A stretch of DNA of 64,000 bases from an uncultured Gammaproteobacteria bacterium (GCA_964599565.1 CAZRFE010000004.1:3680-67679), one strand, 5' to 3'. Counted from the stretch's first letter, positions 29,601 to 37,775 are shown. The notes: generated from the sequence alone by a model not told the origin. Numbers and translations: made by a program.

Positions 29601-31106
29601 GGCGACGGCGAGGCGTTTCGCAAACGCCTGGCGGCCGCGCTGCAGTGTCCAGGCGATGTCCTGGAACGAATGCACCGGTTTTGTCTCAAGGAATTCCGCG
29701 AGCGCGGTACGCGCCCGCTCGAGCGCCGCGTCCGTCTTCGCAGAAAGCACGATGAGTTGCGGCTGCCCGCCCTCTTCGCGCTTCGCAACCGGCGGCGGCG
29801 CCTCGAGTACGACGTGCGCGTTGGTTCCGCCGAGCCCGAACGAACTCACGCCCGCGAACCGCGGCGCATCCGCCGGCCACTCGCGCACGCGGTCGATGAC
29901 GTGGAACGGACTTTCCGCGAGATGAAGCTCGGGGTTGGGTGATGTGAAATGCAGCGTGGCGGGAATTCTTCCCTCGCGAAGCGCAAGCGTGGCCTTGATG
30001 AGTCCCGCAATGCCGGACGCCGCATCCAGGTGTCCGATGTTTCCTTTCACGGAACCGATGCCGCAGTAGCCGCGGCGATTCGTGTGCGTACGGAATGCGC
30101 GCGTGAGTGCTGCGATCTCGACGGGATCGCCGAGCGACGTGCCGGTACCGTGCGCTTCGATGTAACCGATGTCGCCGGCATCGACGCCCGCGACTTCCTG
30201 CGCCATCTGCACGACTTCCGCCTGGCCCTGCACGCCGGGCGCGGTGAAGCTCACCTTGCCCGCGCCGTCGTTGTTCATCGCCGCGCCGCGTATCACGGCG
30301 TGAATGGTGTCGTTGTCCGCGAGCGCGTCGGAGAGCCGCTTGAGCACGACGACGCCGCCGCCGCTGCTGAACACCGTGCCTTTTGCGCCGGCATCGAACG
30401 GCCGGCAGCGGCCATCGGGCGAATGGATGCTGCCTTCCTGGTAAAGGTATCCGCGCTGCGGCGGACAGATGACGGACACGCCGCCGGCGAGCGCGATATC
30501 GCACTGGTAATCCAGCAGGCTGTTGAATGCATGGCAGACCGCGACCAGCGAGGTGGAACACGCGGTACTGACCGTGACGCAGGGACCGCGCAGGTCGAGC
30601 TTGTAGGCGACGCGTGTGGCGAGATAGTCCTTCTCGTTTGCGACCATCGCGGGAATCTCGCCGAAGCTCGCAAGCAGCGCCGGGTGCTGCGCCACGTGCG
30701 CGGCGAAATAGGTGTTGTAGCTCATGCCCGCGAACACGCCCGTCAGTGCATCGTGCGTGCCCGCGGCGTAGCCTGCGTCTTCGAGCGCGCGCCAGCACAT
30801 CTCGAGAAACGTGCGCTGCTGCGGGTCGAGCATTTCGGCTTCGCGCGGTGCGATGCCGAAGAATTCCGCATCGAAGCGGTCGGCTTCCGGCATCAGTCCG
30901 CGCACGCGCACGTAGTCGCGCTGCGTACGCAGCGATTGCGGCACGGAAGGATCGAGGTCCGCGTCCGCGAAACGGTCAAGCGTTTCGCGTCCTTCCAGCA
31001 GGTTCTGCCAGTACGTATCGATATCCGCCGCACCGGGAAACCTGCCGTCCATGCCGATGATGGCGATGGCTTCGGAGTCGCGCGCGTTGTCCTGGTCTGC
31101 TTGCAT
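26640..31106 (-). CDS. type I PKS module: KS - AT(malonyl-type) - ACP - class-III aminotransferase-like domain
   Basis: The track ORF is over-extended to 31412. The real start is ATG 31106 (MQADQDNARDSEAIAIIGMDGRFPGA), 2 nt after the NRPS1 stop. KS: TACSTS, EAHGTGT, KGNIGH. AT: GHSIGE, HAFHS. ACP: LGLDSL. AMT: DEIACGFR, GGGMPLG. Confidence 0.92.
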   Translation of the reverse strand: MQADQDNARDSEAIAIIGMDGRFPGAADIDTYWQNLLEGRETLDRFADADLDPSVPQSLRTQRDYVRVRGLMPEADRFDAEFFGIAPREAEMLDPQQRTFLEMCWRALEDAGYAAGTHDALTGVFAGMSYNTYFAAHVAQHPALLASFGEIPAMVANEKDYLATRVAYKLDLRGPCVTVSTACSTSLVAVCHAFNSLLDYQCDIALAGGVSVICPPQRGYLYQEGSIHSPDGRCRPFDAGAKGTVFSSGGGVVVLKRLSDALADNDTIHAVIRGAAMNNDGAGKVSFTAPGVQGQAEVVQMAQEVAGVDAGDIGYIEAHGTGTSLGDPVEIAALTRAFRTHTNRRGYCGIGSVKGNIGHLDAASGIAGLIKATLALREGRIPATLHFTSPNPELHLAESPFHVIDRVREWPADAPRFAGVSSFGLGGTNAHVVLEAPPPVAKREEGGQPQLIVLSAKTDAALERARTALAEFLETKPVHSFQDIAWTLQRGRQAFAKRLAVAAGSRAEAAALLKGNSGARMRTGNAKERPRVVFLFPGQGSQRPGMCEPLYRAEPLVRDIIDRCADALADDLDFDLREIMFGSTDNATELLDETRYTQPALFAAEYAIARLWMQRGVRPDALVGHSIGEFVAATLAGIFRIEDAVRLVAERARLMQEQPPGSMLSVRAAEDAVREHLADDVAIAALNAPGFCVLSGDDAAIARTKSRLEKAGLACSTLRTSHAFHSAMMDPVAAAFETTVGKLALSPPAIDIVSTVTGAPLDAAQATDPAYWSRQLREPVRFMQALQSARGESREHVVFVECGPGTAASTFAAQTFADDADVQVIASLGRHREGSDERVAMLDAAGRLWTNGVSIDWTALHDNARRRVPAPTYRFERTRHWLDSRPASDVPLTAASRTDASPGPASPQSAPQVARVDERPMIEQLGELLADVSGLETGPAMHAVPFAQLGLDSLFLTQFSQALKKRFGLDLRFRQLLVEHNTLAAIAALLDEEISRNASASTPRAVTDARSAPAQELSAAGKDYVRDVVRRHAWRTSGSRAFARTHRAHLAGIAPAPGDAMLADIAYPIVIESSSGSRIQDIDGNGYIDLVNAHGAILLGHANPAINDAVRQQMKRGAEAGLQTPLAGRVARLVQALTGFERVSFHATGTEALHAAIDAARTVTQRRKVVTFADESARIWGHGEADDGIEVLDYGSERALQRVRELRETLAAVLVEPVQSLHPERYAPDFIAALRAATRECGALLVFDEIACGFRVHPAGAPGICGTRADLSCYGATVGGGMPLGVLAGDANAMCSADASSGSQHSLALAAAEATLAQLRESGPSLQRTLNERTARLACELEQHAKAVNAPVDIRSFSSWFFIDVDARLPCRGLLEARLRAGGVHVIEGEPCFLTTAHSDADLAQVSKVFQEALAEMHAAGFFPDAAQAVAQEKPAKARTPAGATMGAPPAPGARLGRRPDGQPGWFVPDPDRPGRYRELGVGESRAN
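26832..27929 (-). other. class-III (GSA/HemL-like) aminotransferase domain with Ala at the Schiff-base Lys position (approximate)
   Basis: DIDGNGYIDL..., VFDEIACGFR, DLSCYGATVGGGMPLG. The GCG codon at 27279-27281 sits where HemL-type enzymes have the PLP lysine (DLTCLGKIIGGGMPVG). Confidence 0.7.
28137..28349 (-). other. PKS ACP domain (approximate)
   Basis: FAQLGLDSLFLTQF, with the Ppant Ser at about aa 953. Confidence 0.8.
28617..29513 (-). other. PKS acyltransferase domain, malonyl-CoA-type motifs (approximate)
   Basis: FLFPGQGSQ, LVGHSIGEF, SHAFHS. Confidence 0.8.
29802..31073 (-). other. PKS ketosynthase domain (approximate)
   Basis: Cys-His-His triad motifs are present (VSTACSTSLVAV, EAHGTGTSLGDP, SVKGNIGHLDAASG). 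Confidence 0.85.
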
Positions 31107-31108
31107 GT

Positions 31109-34100
31109 TCAGCGTTCGAACCTCCCCGTCTGCGTGGATGGCCGCCGGCGCCGCTGCATCGCTGCGCGCCGTACGGCGCCGCGACGTCCCGCATCGCGCA
31201 GGCGTTCCTCGGAATCGTCCGGTTCGCCGTGCGCGAGCCAGTGCGCGAGCGCGGCGATGGTCGGATGCTGGAACAGCCTGACGATGGGGAATGCGCGCTT
31301 GAGCTTCCTGCTCAGGCGTTCGTGAATCTCGATGAGTGCGACAGACTGCGCGCCGACGTCGAAGAAGTTCCGGTCGATATCGAAATTCTCGACGCCCAGC
31401 ACATCGCGGCATACCGATGCAACAAGCGCGGTCATGTCATCGCCGTTGCCGTCATCATCGGCGGCAATCGCGTCACCCGTTGCCGCCGCCTCTTCCTGCA
31501 ACGCGGTATCTGTCGCGCGGCGCATCGGTTTCTTATCCGCATCCAGCACGGTCGTTTCCGTGCGGTTCTGCACGGAGACATGATTGATGACCGTGGCAAC
31601 GCGCACGTCCGGCGTGCGCGTGATCGTGCGCAGTATGTCGATGAGATCGTTGCCGAGCGCTTCGACCGCGGCGTCGTCAAGGAGCGCCTTGTCGTGGAAG
31701 AACTCGATGCGGTGCGCAGGGCCCGGCATGATCGCGACGGTGAGCGGGTAGTTGGTGCGCACGCCGGCGGAGAACTCGCGCACCTTGATGCGCTCGCCCC
31801 AGCGGCGCGTCGCATCGCCGGTCGCGTAGTTCTGCAGAACGAGCAATGCATCGAACAGTCGCGCGCCCGCCGGGCTGCCCGACCATTCATGCACTTCAAG
31901 CGGCGAGACATTCTGGTAGTGATTCACGTCCGCCTGCGTGGCGCGCAGCGACGACAGCCACTCATCGACGCGCTGCTCGGGATTGATGCGCACGCGCACG
32001 GGAAGATCGTTCAGGAACGGACCTACAGTGTTCGCGGCATCCGCAACACCTGCCGTGCGCCCGGAGAATGCAACGCCGAGCGTGACATCGAAACGCAGGG
32101 TGATGCCGGAAAGCAGCAGCGCCCACGCGGCCTGGTACACGACGCCGGGCGTGAGCCTGAGCTTGCGCGCAAGCTGCATGACACCGGCGCCGAGTTCCTC
32201 GGGCAGCGCGATGCTTGCATGCCCTGCATCGTGCGGTCCTGCGCGGCCGTCATCCCTGCGCCGGCTGCGCGTGATCAGCGTGCGCTGCGCACGTCCGCCG
32301 AGATGCTCGCGCCAGAACGCCGCGTACTCGGTGAGATCGCGGTTCATCAGCCACGCGATGTAACTGCGGTACGAGCCGGGCGCATCGAGCACGGGTTCGC
32401 GTCCGGCAACCTGCGCGTCGTGCAGTTCGCCGAGTTCCTGCGCGAGTATCGGCCACGACCAGCCATCCACCAGCGCCTGGTGATGGCTCCAGACGAGCAT
32501 CCACCGGTCATCGCCCGCGCGAATCAGCGTCACGCGCGTCAGCGGTGCGACATGCAGCTCGAACCCCTGCCTCCGGTCCGCATCGAGAAATTCCTTCAGC
32601 CGCTGCTGCTGCGTGGTCTCGTCCAGCAACCGCCAGTCCGTCTTCTGCAGGCGGAACTCGACGTGGCGAAGCACGACCTGGTGCGGCTCGCCAAGACCGC
32701 GATCGACGAACACCGTGCGCAGCGCATCGTGGCGGCGCAGGAGTTCCCGCCATCCCGCCTCGAACGCACCTTCATCGATGCTTCCCTGCAGATGGAACAC
32801 CCATTGATCGAAACCCACGTCCCTGTCGGTGCCGGACAGCGCGTGATGGAGTCGCTGGATCGGCGAGAGCGGCAGGATTTCCTCGACGTTCTCGAGCGCA
32901 ACGGGAAACGCATCGAGCTCTTCCTGCGAGAGACGCGCAAGCGGGAAATCCACGGGCGAGCGCACGATGCCGTTGCGCGTGCGGCAGTGACGGATGATTT
33001 CATGCAGCGCATCGGCGTAATGGCCGGCAAGCGCGCCGACATCCGCTTCGGGAATGGCTTTCGGGCTGAAGCGGAACTCGAATTCCATCCGGTCATCGTG
33101 CACGGCCGCGGTGACCGTCAGCGCGTGCGCAAGGTGATTCTCCGCGCCGCGCTCGCGGCCGGTATCCTCGAAGACATGCTGGAACATGCCGCTTGCCAGT
33201 GCGCGCTCGAACTGGCCGCGGTAGTTGAACAGCACCGGCGCACGCTGTGCCTGCGCGCGGCCGAATGCGACGGCGCCGTTTGCGCGCAGGTAACGCAGCA
33301 TTCCCCAGCCCGCACCCTGGTGCGGCGCGCTTCGCATGCGCGTCTTTACATCGCAGATCAGGCGCGCAGGATTGCCGGCATGCGACTGGTCAAGCGCAAC
33401 CGGCTGCAGTACCGAGAACCACCCCACCGTGCCGGATACATCGAGTTCGCCGAAATTGTCGCTGCGGCCATGCCGCTGCACATCCACGCGCAACTGTCCG
33501 GCATGCGGCCATTTCACGGCGACCGCGCGCGACAGTGCGGCGAGCAGGAGTTCGTGCGTTTCCGTTCCATAGGCGTCATGGATGCCGCCGAGCAGCGCGG
33601 CGGTCGCCGGCGCTTCGAGCGTGATGCGCACCGTGCGCGCATCACGCTCCCTGCCGGGATCGTGCACGGCATCCGCAAGCGCGCTGTCATCCAGCGCATC
33701 GATCACCTGCTCCCAGTACGCATGCTCGCTGCCGATGAGCGCGGACTGAGCCTGGCGTTCAAGATGCGCCGCCCATCCGGCGTAGCTGATCGAACGCCGC
33801 ACGAACGTGGCGTCATGACCTTCCTCCAGCGCGCGGTATGCCGCATCGAGATCCTTGAGGATGATCGTCCACGATGCGGCATCGACGGCAAGCCGGTGGA
33901 TGACGATGAGCAGTCGCGCACCGTCTTCCAGCCCGCCGGTGAAGTGCGCGGCACGCACGAGCAGGCCGGCACTCAGGCTGAGCGATTCCTGGATTTCCTG
34001 CGTGATGAGTCCGACCGCTTCGCGGCGTTCCGCTTCATCGAGGTGATCAAGCTCGATGCGCGAGAACTCCAGCGCATCGGCCGGCTCGACGGGCTTCGAC

Positions 34101-37100
34101 ATCCACTTCCCGTTCGCATCGCGCAGGAACCGGACGTGCAGCGCGTCATGGCGTCGCACGACGTCGAGCATCGCGCGTTCGAGCAGTTCGACATTCGTGT
34201 CAGGCGGCAGTCGGAACAGAAAGCCTTCGTTCCAGTGATCGGGTTTCTCGAATCCCTGGTCGAAAAACCAGCGCTGTATCGGCGTCAGCGCCCACGGGCC
34301 GTCCTTGTTCACGTCGGCGTCCTCCTCTTTGGCAACGGCAGTTCCCGCATGGCTCGCAAGATCTGCGAGCACGGGATGGTTGAAGACATCGCGCGGCATG
34401 AGTTCAAGGCCCGCGGCGCGCGCGCACGCCACGAGCTTGAGCGCGAGTATCGAATCGCCGCCGAGACCGAAGAAATCCTCGTTGCGGCCGACATCGCCGC
34501 GCCCGAGCACTTCCTTCCACAGTCCGGCGAGCGTGATTTCCGCCGGCGTGCGCGGCGGATCGGTGACGGCGGCGGCAACGACGTCCGCGGGGTCTGGCAG
34601 CGCCTTGTAATCGATCTTGTTGTTCGCGTTCATCGGCAGCGCCGGCAGCGCGATGAACATCGCCGGCAGCATGTGCTCCGGCAGCTGCCGGGCGAGCTGC
34701 TCGCGCAACGACGCTTCCGTGTGCTCGCCGTTGTCCGCGACGTAGTACGCGAACAGCCGCCGGCTGCCATCCGCGGTTTCGCGCGGCACGATCAACGCCT
34801 CCGCGATGCCGGGGATGCGTTTCAGCGCGCTGGAGATCTCGCCGAGGTCGATGCGAAACCCGCGTATCTTGACTTCGTTGTCCTCGCGGCCGAGGTAGCA
34901 CAGTTCGCCGTTTCGCATGCGTCTTGCGAAATCGCCGGAACGGTACAGGCGCGCATTGCCGCTGGCTGCATGCGGATCGTCGATGAAACGCCGCGCGTTG
35001 AGTTCGGGACGGTTGAGATATCCGCGTGCAACGCCGGCGCCGCCGACGCAGATCTCGCCGCGCACGCCCGGCGGCACGTTGCGTCCGTCCGCGTCCAGCA
35101 GCCGCACGTAGAGATCCGGCAGCGGCCAGCCGACGAGCGAGCCGCTGTCGTTCGCGACATCGTGACGCGTGATGCGCCGGTACGTGACATGCACGGTGGT
35201 TTCCGTGATGCCGTACATGTTGATGAGCTCTGGGCTGTCATCGCCATGACGGTCGATCCAGCCGGAAAGGCTGCCGAGGTCGAGTTTCTCGCCGCCGAAG
35301 ACCACGCAGCGAAGCGCGGGAAGTTCACGCGTCGCTTCCGCGTCGATGCGCATCAGTTCGCGAAACGCCGAAGGCGTCTGGCTGAGTATGGTCACGCCGC
35401 GATCGGCAAGCAGCTGGTGGAAGGCATCGGGCGAGCGCGCGATGTCGCGCGTGACGATTTCAAGACGTCCGCCGTGCAGCAGCGCACCCCATATTTCCCA
35501 GACGGAGAAATCGAACGCAAAGGAATGAAACAGCGTCCAGACATCGCGGTCATCGGCATGCAGCCATGACTGGCAGGCATCGAACAGGCGCACGACATTG
35601 CGCTGCGTGACCATCACGCCTTTCGGCTGTCCCGTCGAGCCCGAGGTGTAGATGATGTAGGCGAGACTGTCGCCGGTTGCATCCATGGCCGGATCGGTTT
35701 CGTTCGCCTCGCCCGGTGCGACCGAAGGCTCGATGAACGCAAGCGAGGATCCGGGCAGCGCGCTGCGCGCCGATCCGGTCGCGACGACGAGATCGACGCC
35801 GGAATCCTCGATGAGAAACTGCAGGCGTTCCTCGGGATACGCAGGATCGAGCGGCAGGTAGCCGGCGCCGGACTTCAATATGCCGAGCATGCCGACGATC
35901 TGCTCGATGGAACGATCGACGCAAAGCCCGACGAGACGGTCCGCGCGCGCGCCCTTTTCGATCAGGCGATGTGCAAGACGATTCGCGGCCGCGTTCAGCT
36001 CCGCGTAGGTCATCGAGCGCGCACCGCAGGCGATCGCGATTGCCCCGGGATTCGCGGCTGCGCAATGCGCGAAGCGCGCGGCGATCGTGCCCGGCAGGTT
36101 CGGCGACGCGTCGACATCGTGCGGCCAGCAACATGGCAGCGCATCCTCGGCGCGCAGGCAGGAAACGTCCTTCACCGGTATCCACGGTTCGCGTGCAAGC
36201 CTCGTCAGCAGGTTCGCGTAGTGATCGAGAATGCGCGCGGCGGTTTCCTCGTCCGCGACCTCGGGTGCGCAGGCAAGACGAAGGCGGATATCCTCCTCGC
36301 CGTACACCTGTACGTGCATGTCCGCGAGCGGCGGTGCATCGTGGCGGAAATCGCGCGGCCCTTCACCGGCAAGCAGATCCTCGAGCGCCGCCATGGGATC
36401 GCGCAGGTCGAATTCGAGAACCGTATCGAACAGTGCGGCGGATGCATCGGTGCTGCGTTCGATATCCGCAAGGCGGCTGTTCTCGTGCTCGCGCACCAGG
36501 CGATGCGCATCCCGCATCTGCCAGAGAAGCTCGAAGGCGTTCGCGTGCGCGATGCGCGCGCGCAGCGGCACGATGTTCATGAAGGAGCCGAGCGCATCTT
36601 CAAGACCGGGCGGCCCGCTGCGCCGGCAGGAACGCAGCACGCCGAAGGCGACATCGTCGCTGCGCGCATAGTGTGACAGCAGCAGCGCCCAGGCCGCCTG
36701 CGCGAGATTGTTGAGCGTGACGTCCGCAGCCTTGTGCAGTCGGCGCACGCCGTCGCTTGTCGCCGCATCCAGCCGCCGCTCGACATGCACGTAATCCGGT
36801 GCATCCGCGGCGCGCTCGCATCGCGGCAGATCGATGCGCACCGGGTTGAAGTCGCGAAAGCACTCGCGCCAGAACGCGGCATCCGTGGCTTGCGTATCGT
36901 CGCGCTCCCAGCCCGGGGAGCCGGAAACGAGCGCGGCCGTCACCTCGGCATCGTCGCCGCCGGCGCGTATGGTGCGGTAGTTCGCGAACAGTTCGCGCAG
37001 CAGCGTGGACATGGAACGCCAGTCGAGCAGCGCGCGGCGCAGCGTCCACACCACGCGCGATGACGCATCGTCCCAGTTGACGAGCGCGACGTGAAACAGC

Positions 37101-37438
37101 GGCGGCGTGCCGCTATCGAAGCGCATGCGCATCCTGGCCGAACGAAACTCCGCGAAGCGCATCTCGCGTGTCGCGTCATTCGCAAGATCAAGCATCTCGA
37201 TCTCGATGTCGCCGCCCGTCGTCCCGCCGGCGTGCGCGTCATGGAATGCGTTGCGCAGGATGGCGTGCCGTGCGGCAAGATTGCGCCACGCCGCGGTGAA
37301 CGCGTCGCGATCGACGGGATTGTCGAGCGTGAAGACGATCTGCTCGGCGTGATCCCGTTCCAGCCGTGACCCGCCGTCGAACAACGCGCCGGCGCGCGGA
37401 GCGCTGCTGCGGCACGTCTGCCCGGTATCTGCTGACAT
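31109..37438 (-). CDS. NRPS (here NRPS1): C*(degenerate) - A(Thr-like) - T - E*(degenerate) - C - T
   Basis: 2109 aa. Motifs are located by residue count in the domain features that follow. Confidence 0.95.
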   Translation of the reverse strand: MSADTGQTCRSSAPRAGALFDGGSRLERDHAEQIVFTLDNPVDRDAFTAAWRNLAARHAILRNAFHDAHAGGTTGGDIEIEMLDLANDATREMRFAEFRSARMRMRFDSGTPPLFHVALVNWDDASSRVVWTLRRALLDWRSMSTLLRELFANYRTIRAGGDDAEVTAALVSGSPGWERDDTQATDAAFWRECFRDFNPVRIDLPRCERAADAPDYVHVERRLDAATSDGVRRLHKAADVTLNNLAQAAWALLLSHYARSDDVAFGVLRSCRRSGPPGLEDALGSFMNIVPLRARIAHANAFELLWQMRDAHRLVREHENSRLADIERSTDASAALFDTVLEFDLRDPMAALEDLLAGEGPRDFRHDAPPLADMHVQVYGEEDIRLRLACAPEVADEETAARILDHYANLLTRLAREPWIPVKDVSCLRAEDALPCCWPHDVDASPNLPGTIAARFAHCAAANPGAIAIACGARSMTYAELNAAANRLAHRLIEKGARADRLVGLCVDRSIEQIVGMLGILKSGAGYLPLDPAYPEERLQFLIEDSGVDLVVATGSARSALPGSSLAFIEPSVAPGEANETDPAMDATGDSLAYIIYTSGSTGQPKGVMVTQRNVVRLFDACQSWLHADDRDVWTLFHSFAFDFSVWEIWGALLHGGRLEIVTRDIARSPDAFHQLLADRGVTILSQTPSAFRELMRIDAEATRELPALRCVVFGGEKLDLGSLSGWIDRHGDDSPELINMYGITETTVHVTYRRITRHDVANDSGSLVGWPLPDLYVRLLDADGRNVPPGVRGEICVGGAGVARGYLNRPELNARRFIDDPHAASGNARLYRSGDFARRMRNGELCYLGREDNEVKIRGFRIDLGEISSALKRIPGIAEALIVPRETADGSRRLFAYYVADNGEHTEASLREQLARQLPEHMLPAMFIALPALPMNANNKIDYKALPDPADVVAAAVTDPPRTPAEITLAGLWKEVLGRGDVGRNEDFFGLGGDSILALKLVACARAAGLELMPRDVFNHPVLADLASHAGTAVAKEEDADVNKDGPWALTPIQRWFFDQGFEKPDHWNEGFLFRLPPDTNVELLERAMLDVVRRHDALHVRFLRDANGKWMSKPVEPADALEFSRIELDHLDEAERREAVGLITQEIQESLSLSAGLLVRAAHFTGGLEDGARLLIVIHRLAVDAASWTIILKDLDAAYRALEEGHDATFVRRSISYAGWAAHLERQAQSALIGSEHAYWEQVIDALDDSALADAVHDPGRERDARTVRITLEAPATAALLGGIHDAYGTETHELLLAALSRAVAVKWPHAGQLRVDVQRHGRSDNFGELDVSGTVGWFSVLQPVALDQSHAGNPARLICDVKTRMRSAPHQGAGWGMLRYLRANGAVAFGRAQAQRAPVLFNYRGQFERALASGMFQHVFEDTGRERGAENHLAHALTVTAAVHDDRMEFEFRFSPKAIPEADVGALAGHYADALHEIIRHCRTRNGIVRSPVDFPLARLSQEELDAFPVALENVEEILPLSPIQRLHHALSGTDRDVGFDQWVFHLQGSIDEGAFEAGWRELLRRHDALRTVFVDRGLGEPHQVVLRHVEFRLQKTDWRLLDETTQQQRLKEFLDADRRQGFELHVAPLTRVTLIRAGDDRWMLVWSHHQALVDGWSWPILAQELGELHDAQVAGREPVLDAPGSYRSYIAWLMNRDLTEYAAFWREHLGGRAQRTLITRSRRRDDGRAGPHDAGHASIALPEELGAGVMQLARKLRLTPGVVYQAAWALLLSGITLRFDVTLGVAFSGRTAGVADAANTVGPFLNDLPVRVRINPEQRVDEWLSSLRATQADVNHYQNVSPLEVHEWSGSPAGARLFDALLVLQNYATGDATRRWGERIKVREFSAGVRTNYPLTVAIMPGPAHRIEFFHDKALLDDAAVEALGNDLIDILRTITRTPDVRVATVINHVSVQNRTETTVLDADKKPMRRATDTALQEEAAATGDAIAADDDGNGDDMTALVASVCRDVLGVENFDIDRNFFDVGAQSVALIEIHERLSRKLKRAFPIVRLFQHPTIAALAHWLAHGEPDDSEERLRDAGRRGAVRRAAMQRRRRPSTQTGRFER
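31229..31441 (-). other. NRPS1 C-terminal carrier domain (T2) with no cognate A domain
   Basis: FFDVGAQSVALIEIHERL. The Ser2032 codon lies at 31343-31345. Confidence 0.75.
31604..32881 (-). other. NRPS1 condensation domain (DCL-like), intact HHxxxDG (approximate)
   Basis: ILPLSPIQRLHH..., SHHQALVDGWSW (aa 1652-1660). Confidence 0.8.
32954..34306 (-). other. NRPS1 epimerization-like domain with the catalytic His replaced (approximate)
   Basis: WALTPIQRWFF is an E-type N-terminus. The motif reads IHRLAVDAASW (aa 1181-1187; nt 33878-33898) instead of HHxxxDGxSW. Confidence 0.7.
34349..34546 (-). other. NRPS1 T domain 1 (E-associated type, GGDSI)
   Basis: FFGLGGDSILALK; Ser996. Confidence 0.8.
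34589..36091 (-). other. NRPS1 adenylation domain, Thr-like specificity code (approximate)
   Basis: YTSGSTGQPKG, FAFDFSVWE, NMYGITETTVH, GEICVGG, NNKIDYKAL. By-eye 10-residue code DFWSVGMVHK, versus the canonical Thr code DFWNIGMVHK. Confidence 0.75.
36119..37381 (-). other. NRPS1 N-terminal condensation-like domain lacking the HHxxxDG histidines (approximate)
   Basis: The C3 position reads VVWTLRRALLDWRSMS (aa 134-140; nt 37019-37039). Confidence 0.7.
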
Positions 37439-37666
37439 GGATGAGATGTCCTCCCTCGAGCGCGTGATTTATATGGCCGTCCTTGTGAACTGGACGGTTG
37501 CGGATGCCGTGAAGCGAGCGAAAGCGTGGCGCCTGCCGGCCGCGCTCCCCACAGCGGACCGATAACTGGATTTCTAGTGGATATGAGGCAAACCCCATAT
37601 AAGGCTTAGGCAGCAATTTGGGTTTGCTGCGTACACGCTTGCCTGTAGTGGAGTTCCAACGCGGGG

Positions 37667-37696
37667 AAAAAAAGAAAAACGGCGCACGGGCGCCGT
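37667..37696 (-). terminator. rho-independent terminator after the response-regulator gene
   Basis: The minus strand reads ACGGCGC-CCGT-GCGCCGT followed by TTTTTCTTTTTTT. Confidence 0.75.
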
Positions 37697-37775
37697 CTGA
37701 ATTCGAGGGAAGATATCGCGCGGCACGCCGCGAAAGGCATTCGCATGAATGCCTTTCGCCGCATGGAACGTGCGG

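Noticed and set aside
31229-35569. A 1446-aa plus-strand ORF, and similar long ORFs such as 10882..13236, 38740..40599, 3594..5525, 22226..24001, 62175..63080 and 61072..62550.
   Set aside because: They run antisense to genes with unmistakable domain motifs (NRPS, chain-length determinant, GGDEF-EAL, ccmF and others). Their translations are Arg/Ala/His-rich low-complexity sequence, typical of stop-poor alternative frames in high-GC DNA.
37620-37666. A possible ECF-type (GGAAC-N15-CGT) or sigma-54 promoter on the minus strand upstream of NRPS1.
   Set aside because: The spacing is one to two nt shorter than the usual AAC-N16/17-CGT. The GG-N10-GC sigma-54 spacing does not fit, and there is no experimental anchor.
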